Assembly (NCBI GenBank): GCA_044224405.1
Contig: JBGAKN010000005.1
Coordinates: 15,725 to 79,724, forward strand
Length of the DNA: 64,000 nucleotides
Direction of reading: 5' to 3'
Source of the DNA: Tagaea sp.
Lineage (GTDB): Bacteria > Pseudomonadota > Alphaproteobacteria > CACIAM-22H2
Shown: piece after piece, positions 38,027-46,120 of the stretch
Position numbering within the stretch: position 1 is the first letter of the stretch
How the letters are laid out: each line of letters opens with the position of its first letter
Position numbers and translations under genes: made by a program
The notes under the pieces: model-generated
What the model saw: the letters and a program-made list of their open reading frames with translations, nothing else
The model's database searches: none
Told to the model about the DNA's origin: nothing

Positions 38027-39562
38027 TCAGAGCTGGTAGCGGCCCCAGTGGTCGACCACGGTCTTCCGCTGCTCGCGCGTCAGCGCCTGGATCGCGGCTT
38101 CCTGATAGACCGAATCGTTGTTGTAGTGGGTCGAGGAAACCTCCTCGACGACCGCGCCGGTCTCGCTCCAGAAACGATGCCACACCCCGGGAAGGACGAG
38201 CTGGGTTTCACCGGCGCGCAGCGTGCGCACGCGCCCGTCGACTTCGACCGTCAGCTCGCCCGAAAGCACCTGGAAGGTCTCTTCCTTGCGCTTGTGAAAA
38301 TGCAGCGGATGGCGCTGACCAGGAAGCTGGATCAGCAGCTTCTTGCAATATTCGCGATTGACGCAGGTGATCAGCGTCGTGCCGACCTCGCGGAACTTCT
38401 CGATGCCGTAATGATGCGAAAATTCGACCTGGAAGCTCGTATCGAGCGCCACCTGGGATTCGGCGAGCATCGCCTTGACGTCGTGGATCGCGTGCTTGAG
38501 GAGCAGCACGCCTCCGTCGGCCGGCCGGCTGGCTGCGGCGACGTCGATCGCGCCGTCGCGCGCGATGGCGCGGGTCACGACGATGCCTTCGCGCCAACTG
38601 CCGCTGTCGAGCTGACTGTCGGCGCACGGCATCGCGAAATAGACCATGTCGCGCGTCAACGGCGTGTCGGCCTTCACGGGAACGCGCGCGAAGACCCCGC
38701 GCCGCAGGCTGACGATCGACGCCGCTTCGACCGCGGTCGCCGGCGGCCGGCTGGCGCCGCCGCATATCGTGCGCGCCTTGCCGTAGGCCGAGAACCATAC
38801 GTCGAGCTGGGCGGGCGTCGACGAATAGGCGTTGAGCTTGATCGTGTCCGTCGTCACGCCGACATGGCGCTCGAACATCCGCGCGCCCTTCGCCACGGCG
38901 ATCGCCACCGGCATCGTGTCGTCGGGATTTTCGTGTGTCGACCAGCCGATCGTCACGCCCGGATAGCGCCGACGCAGCGCGTCGATCTGGTTGAGCTGCA
39001 TGTCGCTGTCAGGCGTCGGGTAGATCGAGACGCAGTGCATCAGCGCGAAACGCGCAGCGCGATTCGAGAAGAAGCTGACGAGATTGTCGATATCGGCGAT
39101 CGTGAGGCCGCCCGTCGAAGCGACGATCGGGAGACCGGCCGTCGTCGCCTTCTCGAGCAGCGGCCAGTCGGCGGCCGAGCAGCTCGCGATCTTCAGTACA
39201 TCGAACCCCATTTCGCGGATGAGGTCGACCGAGGCCTCGTCGAACGGCGTGCACATCGAAATCATTTCCTGCGCGCGAACCTCGTCGAGCAGCGCCTGGA
39301 ACCCGGCGCGATCAAGGCGCGTCGAGAGGAAGCGGCCAACATGCTTGTTGTCGCTCGACGCGCGATGGGCCGAATGGATGAACGTGTCGAGGTCGCGGAA
39401 CTGGAATTTCATAGCGGCGCGCACGCCGTGCTTGCGCGCGGCGGCAGCGCATTCCGAGATGATGCGCCGCCCGTGGGCGACGTCTCCTTGGTGGTTGTTG
39501 GCGACATCCAGGACGAAGAGATCATCGAACAGGAAGCTCGGCTTGATCAGGCTCGGTTGCAT
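38027..39562 (-). CDS. NeuB-family ulosonic acid (phospho)synthase fused to a C-terminal type-II PMI-like cupin
   Basis: NeuB N-terminus FVLDVANNHQGD plus a SAF-like middle region. The C-terminal cupin (HFHKRKEETFQVLSGELTVEVDGRVRTLRAGETQLVLPGVWHRFW...EEVSS) matches the mannose-6-phosphate-isomerase cupin of ManC/AlgA-type enzymes. Confidence 0.6.
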   Translation of the reverse strand: MQPSLIKPSFLFDDLFVLDVANNHQGDVAHGRRIISECAAAARKHGVRAAMKFQFRDLDTFIHSAHRASSDNKHVGRFLSTRLDRAGFQALLDEVRAQEMISMCTPFDEASVDLIREMGFDVLKIASCSAADWPLLEKATTAGLPIVASTGGLTIADIDNLVSFFSNRAARFALMHCVSIYPTPDSDMQLNQIDALRRRYPGVTIGWSTHENPDDTMPVAIAVAKGARMFERHVGVTTDTIKLNAYSSTPAQLDVWFSAYGKARTICGGASRPPATAVEAASIVSLRRGVFARVPVKADTPLTRDMVYFAMPCADSQLDSGSWREGIVVTRAIARDGAIDVAAASRPADGGVLLLKHAIHDVKAMLAESQVALDTSFQVEFSHHYGIEKFREVGTTLITCVNREYCKKLLIQLPGQRHPLHFHKRKEETFQVLSGELTVEVDGRVRTLRAGETQLVLPGVWHRFWSETGAVVEEVSSTHYNNDSVYQEAAIQALTREQRKTVVDHWGRYQL

Positions 39563-39613
39563 GGCAGGTTTCCGGAAAGGGGCGGGAAGGTTTTGCGGGG
39601 CGGCCGGTTACGT

Positions 39614-40708
39614 TCAGCCGGAGATCGCGCCCGGACCGGGCGGGGCCGCGTGGTCGATCCGCACGCGCCGGCCGGTGCGCGCGGATTCGTGCGCTGCCGC
39701 GATCACCAGCATGGTCTCGACGCCGCGAGCGAGCGCGAGCGGCGATTCCTGGGGCTTGCCGCCGGCCAAGGCCGCCTCGATATGCTGGAGTTCGCGGATG
39801 AAGTCGTCCGGCCTGGTCTTGGCAACGTCCTCGGAACCTTCGCGACCCGGCTGGGTCCACCAGCGCACGACATCGAAGCCCGGACGCACGCCGCACGCCC
39901 ATTCGAGCGAGCCGCGCTCGCCCTGGACCCGCGCCCACTTGCGGTGCGGCACGGTCACGACGTCCTGCACCACACGGCCTGCGAGGCCGCCCTCGGTGCG
40001 GAGATTCAGCAGCGCGATGCGGTCGTAATCGACCTTGCCGTCGTTCACGTAGTCGAGCGTCGCCTGGACCTCGACGACGCGTCCGACGCCCGTCACGTGC
40101 GCGAGGAACTGCCAGAAATTGATCGCGTGCGAATGCTCGCCGGTGGCGCCCCCACCGCGCTTCCAGAAGCCCAGATAGCTGTCGTGCGGACCGGCGAGCC
40201 AGGGATGCGCGGCAAAGATGCCACCCCAATGCTCGCGGAATTCGACGTCGATCGTCTGCATGCGGCCAAGATCGCCGCCCGCCAGCCGCTTTTGCGCGAG
40301 CTCCGCGGCAAGTCCCACGACATGATCGTAGCCCACGAACACGGCCGTTCCCTGGGCGCGCGCCTTGTCGACGAGGGCCGCGAGCCCTGCGAGATCGGGC
40401 ATGCACAGCGGCTTCTCTACCTGCAGGGCGCGCGGCTTTTCATCGAGCGCGGCCATCGCGAGGGCAAGATGGTGGTCGGGCGGCGTTCCGACGCAGATCA
40501 GATCGTAGCCGCCTTTGGGGGCTTTGGCCGGTTCGTGCAGGCCGATTGCCGGATCCCATTTGCCGTAGCGGCCGGGATAGAGCGATTCGCGCGTGCGCAC
40601 GAGAGCCGCCGGATCGACGTCGCAGATGTCGACCGACCAACCCAGTCGACGCGAAGCGTTGGCGAGATGATTGCCGATCGAGCCGGCGCCATGGATTTTG
40701 ACGCGCAT
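39614..40708 (-). CDS. Gfo/Idh/MocA-like NAD-binding oxidoreductase
   Basis: N-terminal Rossmann fold RVKIHGAGSIGNH and a conserved EKP (QVEKPLC). Confidence 0.5.
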   Translation of the reverse strand: MRVKIHGAGSIGNHLANASRRLGWSVDICDVDPAALVRTRESLYPGRYGKWDPAIGLHEPAKAPKGGYDLICVGTPPDHHLALAMAALDEKPRALQVEKPLCMPDLAGLAALVDKARAQGTAVFVGYDHVVGLAAELAQKRLAGGDLGRMQTIDVEFREHWGGIFAAHPWLAGPHDSYLGFWKRGGGATGEHSHAINFWQFLAHVTGVGRVVEVQATLDYVNDGKVDYDRIALLNLRTEGGLAGRVVQDVVTVPHRKWARVQGERGSLEWACGVRPGFDVVRWWTQPGREGSEDVAKTRPDDFIRELQHIEAALAGGKPQESPLALARGVETMLVIAAAHESARTGRRVRIDHAAPPGPGAISG

Positions 40709-40889
40709 TTTCCTGGTCGTGAGCTGGTGGAGGGGACGGTTGGCGGGGCCTGGAAAGCTACCGCACAGCGGGTGCAGGCAGAGCCTGCAGGCCGACAGGA
40801 GACGGGCGAGGCAGCCCGCGTTCCGAAGACGTCTGGAGGGACGTTGTTCGTGGCGTGAACATAGAGGGCAAGACCCTCCCGGTCAAGAC

Positions 40890-41030
40890 GCCGCATGCTA
40901 CCGCGACGGCTTTACAAAAATTCATATAATATATTGATAAACAAATAAATAATACGATTTTCCCGCAGCAAACAGGTACGATGTTTTGGGGTATTTAAAT
41001 ACCGTTATTTTGATCGGCATGCGACTCGAC
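40890..41030. promoter_or_regulatory. AT-rich island inside the 404-nt gap that interrupts the minus-strand gene array
   Basis: Contains tttacaaaaattcatataatatattgataaacaaataaataatacgatttt and ggggtatttaaataccgttattttgatc. Several TATAAT/TTGATA-like hexamers occur in a genome that is otherwise about 70% GC. Confidence 0.4.
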
Positions 41031-41112
41031 GAAAGGCACGCCCCCTCTCGTGGATATGCCATTGCCGGCGTGTCCATATCGTGTCGCCAGGGCATGAGAC
41101 GCCTCGCCGAAA

Positions 41113-41802
41113 TCAAGAAATCTCGCGCAGCACCGCAAACGCTTCGGCCGCCCGATAGCCGCATTGAGCCCCTCGGAGAGCGGCGAGCGCTCGGACCGCC
41201 TCGAGCGACCGCGCATGCGGGAACGGCCGCATCTCGGACCGATAGGCTTCGAGCGCCGCGATCTTTGCCGATAGATGCGCTTCGACCGACACCCATCGGT
41301 TCGGAACGAAAGGCGGCGCAAGCGAAGCGGGAACCCATTCGGTGCTCGAGAGCACTTCGAAAGCGTAGATCGCGCGCACCGACGCGCCGGGCAACGGCCG
41401 GCACGCCGTCAAGACGGCTCCTGCGACGACGCGATGGTCGACGTTGAGATCGCCGGGATGATGGGTATAGACGACCGTGGGGCGCAGGCGCGAAACCAGC
41501 TCTTCCACGCTCTTCACGACGTCGAGCAGCGGCACCGTATCCATCCGGTTGTCGGGAAAACCGGCCATGAAAGGTTCCGGCACGCCGAGTGCCGCCGCCG
41601 CAGCGCGCGCATCGGTCTTGAGCCGATCAAGCTCCTGCGAACGCGCGCCGGCATCGCGGCGCATGTCGCGCGACGTGACACCCTCCGCCATGATTGCGAT
41701 ATGCACCGACGCGCCTTCGCTCGCATACCGGGCGAGCGTGGCGCCACAACCGAGAACTTCGTCGTCGGGATGGGCAGCGACTGCGAGGACAACCTCTTTC
41801 AT
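41113..41802 (-). CDS. PIG-L/LmbE-family N-acetyl-sugar deacetylase
   Basis: Motifs AHPDDEVLGCG and a HxxH region are present. Confidence 0.7.
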   Translation of the reverse strand: MKEVVLAVAAHPDDEVLGCGATLARYASEGASVHIAIMAEGVTSRDMRRDAGARSQELDRLKTDARAAAAALGVPEPFMAGFPDNRMDTVPLLDVVKSVEELVSRLRPTVVYTHHPGDLNVDHRVVAGAVLTACRPLPGASVRAIYAFEVLSSTEWVPASLAPPFVPNRWVSVEAHLSAKIAALEAYRSEMRPFPHARSLEAVRALAALRGAQCGYRAAEAFAVLREIS

Positions 41803-41805
41803 GTC

Positions 41806-42489
41806 CTATTCGTCCTTTCGCGGAAGAAACTCGACCCGTGCCGAAAGACGGCCGTCGACGAGTTCGGCATCTGTAAACTCGAGTCGCAGCGGGCCCCGAT
41901 CGACGAACGCCTTCGGGTACCCCTCGGCGTCAAGCATGCGTATGTGGTCATAAAGCGCCTGCGTCGTCGCGTCGGCGGGCAGCGCGCTCTGTGCGGGCGT
42001 ACGACGCGTGAAAACGACTGCTTCGCCCTGCTGGGGAACAGCCACCGGCTCGCGTGCGACGATCTCGGCGATCATGTCGTAAACCAGATCGGCCGCCCGT
42101 TCGAAGATGGCTTGCGCCGAACCGGCGAGATCGAGCGGCCGCTTCATGTAGACGGGTCCGGCATCGAGCTCGCGCTCCATGCGCAGGGCGGTCAGCTTCG
42201 TCGCGGCGTGTCCGCGTAAGATGAGATTCTGCAACGGGCTGCCGCCGCGTCCGTAAGGAACGTCGGTCATATGGAAGCAGACGGACTCCCACCTGCTCCA
42301 CACGGTTTCGGGGACGAGCCAGTTCCAGTGCGGAAAGAAGACGTAGCGTGGATCAAGCTTCTCCAGCAGGCGCAGGTCGAGCTCCTCGCGCCGAGAGACG
42401 AAGTGCCATTCGCCCGGCAGGCGGCCGACATGCCGCTCGAAGGCAGCGTGGTTCCACGCGTGCCGTGCTGCAACGAGATAGCGCTTCAT
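41806..42489 (-). CDS. sugar N-formyltransferase (Fmt/ArnA-N-terminal-like formyl_transferase domain)
   Basis: Formyltransferase-fold motifs (FFPHWNWLVP, SLxN, HxTD-like). Start MKRYLVAA at 42489 overlaps the upstream stop. Confidence 0.6.
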   Translation of the reverse strand: MKRYLVAARHAWNHAAFERHVGRLPGEWHFVSRREELDLRLLEKLDPRYVFFPHWNWLVPETVWSRWESVCFHMTDVPYGRGGSPLQNLILRGHAATKLTALRMERELDAGPVYMKRPLDLAGSAQAIFERAADLVYDMIAEIVAREPVAVPQQGEAVVFTRRTPAQSALPADATTQALYDHIRMLDAEGYPKAFVDRGPLRLEFTDAELVDGRLSARVEFLPRKDE

Positions 42490-43931
42490 GCCGAAACCTC
42501 CCGCGCGTACCGGTCCGGGCCGACTTGACGATAGCCGGCCGCATGAAACATGCGTCGCGAAGCTTCGTTCGCCGGCGCGACTTCGGCAAGCAGCCGTTCG
42601 CGCGGCATCAATTCGTCCAGAAGCCCGAGCGCGATCCGCCCGATGCCGCGACCGACGAGCTCGGGCGCCACGAGGATCGAGATTTCCCACCCGTCGGTCC
42701 CGCGATCTGCGCGCAACACGCCCGCCGGACGGCGGCCCGACTCGATGATCTGAAAGACGCAATCCGTGCGCGCGAGGCGCCGTTCGAACCACGCCACGTG
42801 CTCCTCCCACGCCGGAGCGGCGGGGTTACGGAAGTGCCGGCGCACATCGGGATCGCACTGCCATGAAAATAGCGTCTTGCAATCCGTCCGCACGGCCGGG
42901 CGCAGATAAACCGGCACGCCGGCGCGATCCGGCGGCGGAGCGATCGCGCGCGCGACCCGCCGGGCACCTTGTCCGTCGCACAGCGATCGCGCGCTGTCCG
43001 CCATCGCGGCGTAGCGGGCGGGATCCTCCAGCAGATCCCGCGCTTCGCGCGCCAAACGACCCGGCTCGAGTTCGGAAAGCGCGCCCAGGACGATTCCCGC
43101 ACCCGCGCCCGCGATCGATGCCGCGTTCGCGCGCTGGTTGTCGGCCGTGATAACGGCCAAGCCCGGCACACCGAGGCAGCACCGCTCCCAGATCGTGCCA
43201 CCGGCGGCGCTGACGACCAGATCGGCGCCGGCGATCTCGTCGGCAAGATCGGTCCAGTCCTGGACGAGATCCACGCCGCTTGGCGCCGGCGCCGACCAGT
43301 CGGCAGCGCCAATCGCACGCACGGCGACGCCGGCGACGCCGGCGAGTTCGCTGGCCAGCGCGACGACCTGCGCCGTCGGGGTCGAGGCGCCGAGCGTGAC
43401 GAGCACGCGTTTACGTCCTGGCGCAAGCCGGCGCGGCGGGCCGCGACGGGCCGCGAATGCAGGCCGCAACAGTGCATAGGCAGGGCCGACGAGCGCATGC
43501 GCAGGCGCATACACGCCCGCTGTCGCTTCCGGCGCCGGATTGACGACGATATCGCCGGCGAGCGAAGCCGCACCCATGTCGTCGAAGCGTACAAGAAGGC
43601 GCGCTGAGGTACGTACCGACGTGGCAAAGGCATCGCCCAGCTCATACTGGTCGACGATCGCGGCGTCCGCCTGCCCGCCGCAGCCCGCCAGCGCGATCCC
43701 GACATGTCGGTCGGGCGGTCCGTCGAGCGCGATCACGTCCGCGGTTTCCGCGACGATGCGCCGGACCATCTCAAGCCCGTCGCGCGCAGAAGCGAAAACG
43801 CAACGCCAGCCCAGCGATGCCAGTGCGTCGGCAAGCGCCGCGCAACGCGTCAAATGGCCGGCCCCGATCCGGCTGTCGCCGTCAGCACGGAAAAGGGCCG
43901 TCGGCGGGTTCATGCGCAACCTGCCCGACAT
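42486..43931 (-). CDS. pseG: UDP-2,4-diacetamido-2,4,6-trideoxy-beta-L-altropyranose hydrolase (PseG) fused to a GNAT acetyltransferase (PseH-like)
   Basis: N-terminal FRADGDSRIGAGHLTRC and a MurG-like GT-B fold, with a C-terminal roughly 160-aa GNAT domain (YLRPAVRTD...GIGRIALGLL). Confidence 0.65.
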   Translation of the reverse strand: MSGRLRMNPPTALFRADGDSRIGAGHLTRCAALADALASLGWRCVFASARDGLEMVRRIVAETADVIALDGPPDRHVGIALAGCGGQADAAIVDQYELGDAFATSVRTSARLLVRFDDMGAASLAGDIVVNPAPEATAGVYAPAHALVGPAYALLRPAFAARRGPPRRLAPGRKRVLVTLGASTPTAQVVALASELAGVAGVAVRAIGAADWSAPAPSGVDLVQDWTDLADEIAGADLVVSAAGGTIWERCCLGVPGLAVITADNQRANAASIAGAGAGIVLGALSELEPGRLAREARDLLEDPARYAAMADSARSLCDGQGARRVARAIAPPPDRAGVPVYLRPAVRTDCKTLFSWQCDPDVRRHFRNPAAPAWEEHVAWFERRLARTDCVFQIIESGRRPAGVLRADRGTDGWEISILVAPELVGRGIGRIALGLLDELMPRERLLAEVAPANEASRRMFHAAGYRQVGPDRYAREVSA

Positions 43932-44025
43932 ATGCGGCCGCTGGAAACGCTGATCAATTTCCGGCTCTCGCTATGCTGCCCAAGTTGTTGGGAAGAAAAA
44001 AGAAACGTCGACAATTCGGCTCGAC

Positions 44026-44040
44026 GTTCACTGAGTGAAC
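44026..44040. promoter_or_regulatory. perfect palindrome GTTCAC-tga-GTGAAC, candidate operator
   Basis: 6-3-6 dyad located 10 nt upstream of the GT9 ATG. The same half-sites recur at 52208-52222. Confidence 0.4.
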
Positions 44041-44049
44041 ATATAGATT

Positions 44050-45099
44050 ATGGAGCTTCCAAGTGTCAAGAACACCGTCAACGACGGCGGCGGGCGAAAG
44101 CGGATGGGACTAGGCGGAAACCTGATGTGGACCGGCGTCATCGCGGTGATGGCCCGCGACCGCCGTCCCCTGATGCTCGTCAAGCAGCCCAAGCTCAGCG
44201 ACCTGCTGACCGGCCGCTTCCACGACGCCGAGGGCGACCTCTCAGGGGACCCGGTTTTCGAAGGCAATCCCCACGTTCGCTTCCTGCCGGCGAAACCGAA
44301 GGCCGCGCTCGCGCGGCGGGTCGACATGCTGTTCCTGGCGGCGCTCGAAAAGTTCGGAGTCCGCCAGATTTGGGAGCGCATGCTGCATCGTCGCGCGCTG
44401 GCCCGGCCGGGGCCGCTCCACGTGTTCGTGGACATGGAGATCCACTCCTACGCGGCCGGCCAGTCCGGTCCGCCCGGACGACGGCGGTTCCATTGGAAAG
44501 CCGGCGGCCATGCCATCGGCACGATGCTTGCCGGCTTTGCACCCGGCCGCGCGCCGGCACCGCCCGAAATGCATCTGTCTGCGTCGGATCGAGCGCGCGC
44601 CGCCGATGTGCTGCGCGCCGCCGGCATCGAGGGCGCGTTCGTCGCAATCGAGCCCGAGACGAATCCCGAATTCTTCGGCGACCTTCGCGCCTGGCCGTTC
44701 GACCGGTGGCAGGCCGTCGTCGACGCGCTCGCCGCCGACGGAGTCCGCGTCGTGCAGCTTGGTCTTGCCAATGCGCGCGCGCTGCGCAACGCCGACGACC
44801 TGCGCGGCCAGACCGACTTCCGCGCCGCCTGCGCCGTGCTCGAACGCGCACGGCTGTTCCTCGGAACCGAAAGCGGCCTCATGCATGCCGCGCGCGCGAT
44901 GCGGACCGACGCCGTCATCGTATGGGGCGGCGTGACGCTGCCCGATTTCGCTGGGTATCAGGATTTCCATGACGTCGTCCATCAACGCGTCGCCTGTGCG
45001 CCCTGCGGCAATCAGGGTTGGTGCGACAACGGGCGCATCTGCATGCTGGAGATACAGGCTGACGCCGTGATCGCGCGCGCGCGCGCGCGCCTCGGGTAA
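44050..45099 (+). CDS. glycosyltransferase family 9 (heptosyltransferase-like)
   Basis: GT9 C-terminal motifs LFLGTESGLMHAARAM and AVIVWGG are present. Confidence 0.65.
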   Translation: MELPSVKNTVNDGGGRKRMGLGGNLMWTGVIAVMARDRRPLMLVKQPKLSDLLTGRFHDAEGDLSGDPVFEGNPHVRFLPAKPKAALARRVDMLFLAALEKFGVRQIWERMLHRRALARPGPLHVFVDMEIHSYAAGQSGPPGRRRFHWKAGGHAIGTMLAGFAPGRAPAPPEMHLSASDRARAADVLRAAGIEGAFVAIEPETNPEFFGDLRAWPFDRWQAVVDALAADGVRVVQLGLANARALRNADDLRGQTDFRAACAVLERARLFLGTESGLMHAARAMRTDAVIVWGGVTLPDFAGYQDFHDVVHQRVACAPCGNQGWCDNGRICMLEIQADAVIARARARLG

Positions 45100-45178
45100 C
45101 GGCCAACCTATCTTGCTATTGTAGAAAACACGCGGTTTTTGCCATACTGCTTTACGGGTTCGGGGAAAAGGGTTCGCT

Positions 45179-46120
45179 GTGCAGTTGAACATTCTCAACG
45201 ACGTCGTTCGCGACGTCGGCCGCATCATTGCAGAGCCGGGTCGTTACGTTGCTCGCCGACGCCATACCCGCGATCTTCCGCCGCCGAAGCTCCATATCGA
45301 TCCGGCGCTCGGCTACCATTTGACCACCGCCGACAAGTTTGCCGGCCTGCCCGCCCTGCTCGACCAGATGCGTGCCCTCGCGCGCACGCGCCTCGCGCAC
45401 CTCGACCGCTCCGCCTTCGACGCAGGCATCGAGAGCAAGTCACTCAAGCCGTTCTACTTCAATCTCATCAGCCGTCAGGATGTGGTCGACAACCCCGGCA
45501 TCATGTCCTTCGCGCTGAATCGCGAGCTGCTTGCGATCCTCGCGGACTATTACGGCATGCTGCCCGAGCTCAGCCATGTCGCGCTTTTCTACTCCGGCTT
45601 CTCGACTCCGTTCGTGCCCGGCGAGACCAAGCCGGTGGGCACGCAGCGCTTCCACTGGGACAATCACGACCGCCGTCACGTCAAGGTGTTCTGCTATCTC
45701 GAGGACGTCACCGAGCGCGACGGGCCGCTCACGCTGCTGCCAGCCGCCAAGGCCTACGAGTTCCGCCAGCGTACGGGACGCGGTCTGCGCACTCGCCCGG
45801 TCAAGGACGACGCGGAGATGTTCGAGCATTTCTCGCCCAAGGACCTCGTGCCGATCGTCGGGCCGGCGGGAACGGTTGCGATTGTCGACACGACGCGCTG
45901 CCTGCACGCCGGAAGCCGCTGCCTCGACGGCGGCGCGCGCAAGACTCTCGTCATCCACTACGCGCTGTTCTCGCAGTACTCGACGACGCGTACGCTCGAC
46001 TTCCAGGATCTCAACGTGGCGACGTCGCCCGAACTCCTGCCCACGTTCGAGGCCAACGCGCTCAACGACCTGATTTTCCGTCTCGCGCCGGAGTACCGGC
46101 CGGACGCGCGCCGGCCTTAA
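45179..46120 (+). CDS. hypothetical protein, possible PhyH-like Fe(II)/2OG oxygenase
   Basis: Motifs HWDNHD ... HAGS are present. It is the only recognisable ORF among the alternative frames here. Confidence 0.35.
   Translation: MQLNILNDVVRDVGRIIAEPGRYVARRRHTRDLPPPKLHIDPALGYHLTTADKFAGLPALLDQMRALARTRLAHLDRSAFDAGIESKSLKPFYFNLISRQDVVDNPGIMSFALNRELLAILADYYGMLPELSHVALFYSGFSTPFVPGETKPVGTQRFHWDNHDRRHVKVFCYLEDVTERDGPLTLLPAAKAYEFRQRTGRGLRTRPVKDDAEMFEHFSPKDLVPIVGPAGTVAIVDTTRCLHAGSRCLDGGARKTLVIHYALFSQYSTTRTLDFQDLNVATSPELLPTFEANALNDLIFRLAPEYRPDARRP

Noticed and set aside
38048-40858. 936-aa plus-strand ORF antisense to the NeuB-cupin and Gfo/Idh/MocA genes. Similar giant antisense ORFs occur at 49015-51426, 8166-9866, 31917-33485 and 20119-21579.
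   Set aside because: Same reasoning: high-GC frame artefacts with Arg/Asp/Gly-rich composition and no motifs, each fully overlapped by well-supported genes on the other strand.
45100-45178. Possible intrinsic terminator (AAAAC-acgcg-GTTTT followed by a T-run) after the GT9 gene
   Set aside because: The stem is only 5 bp and AT-rich, which is weak compared with the GC-rich hairpins expected in this genome. It was noted but not called.
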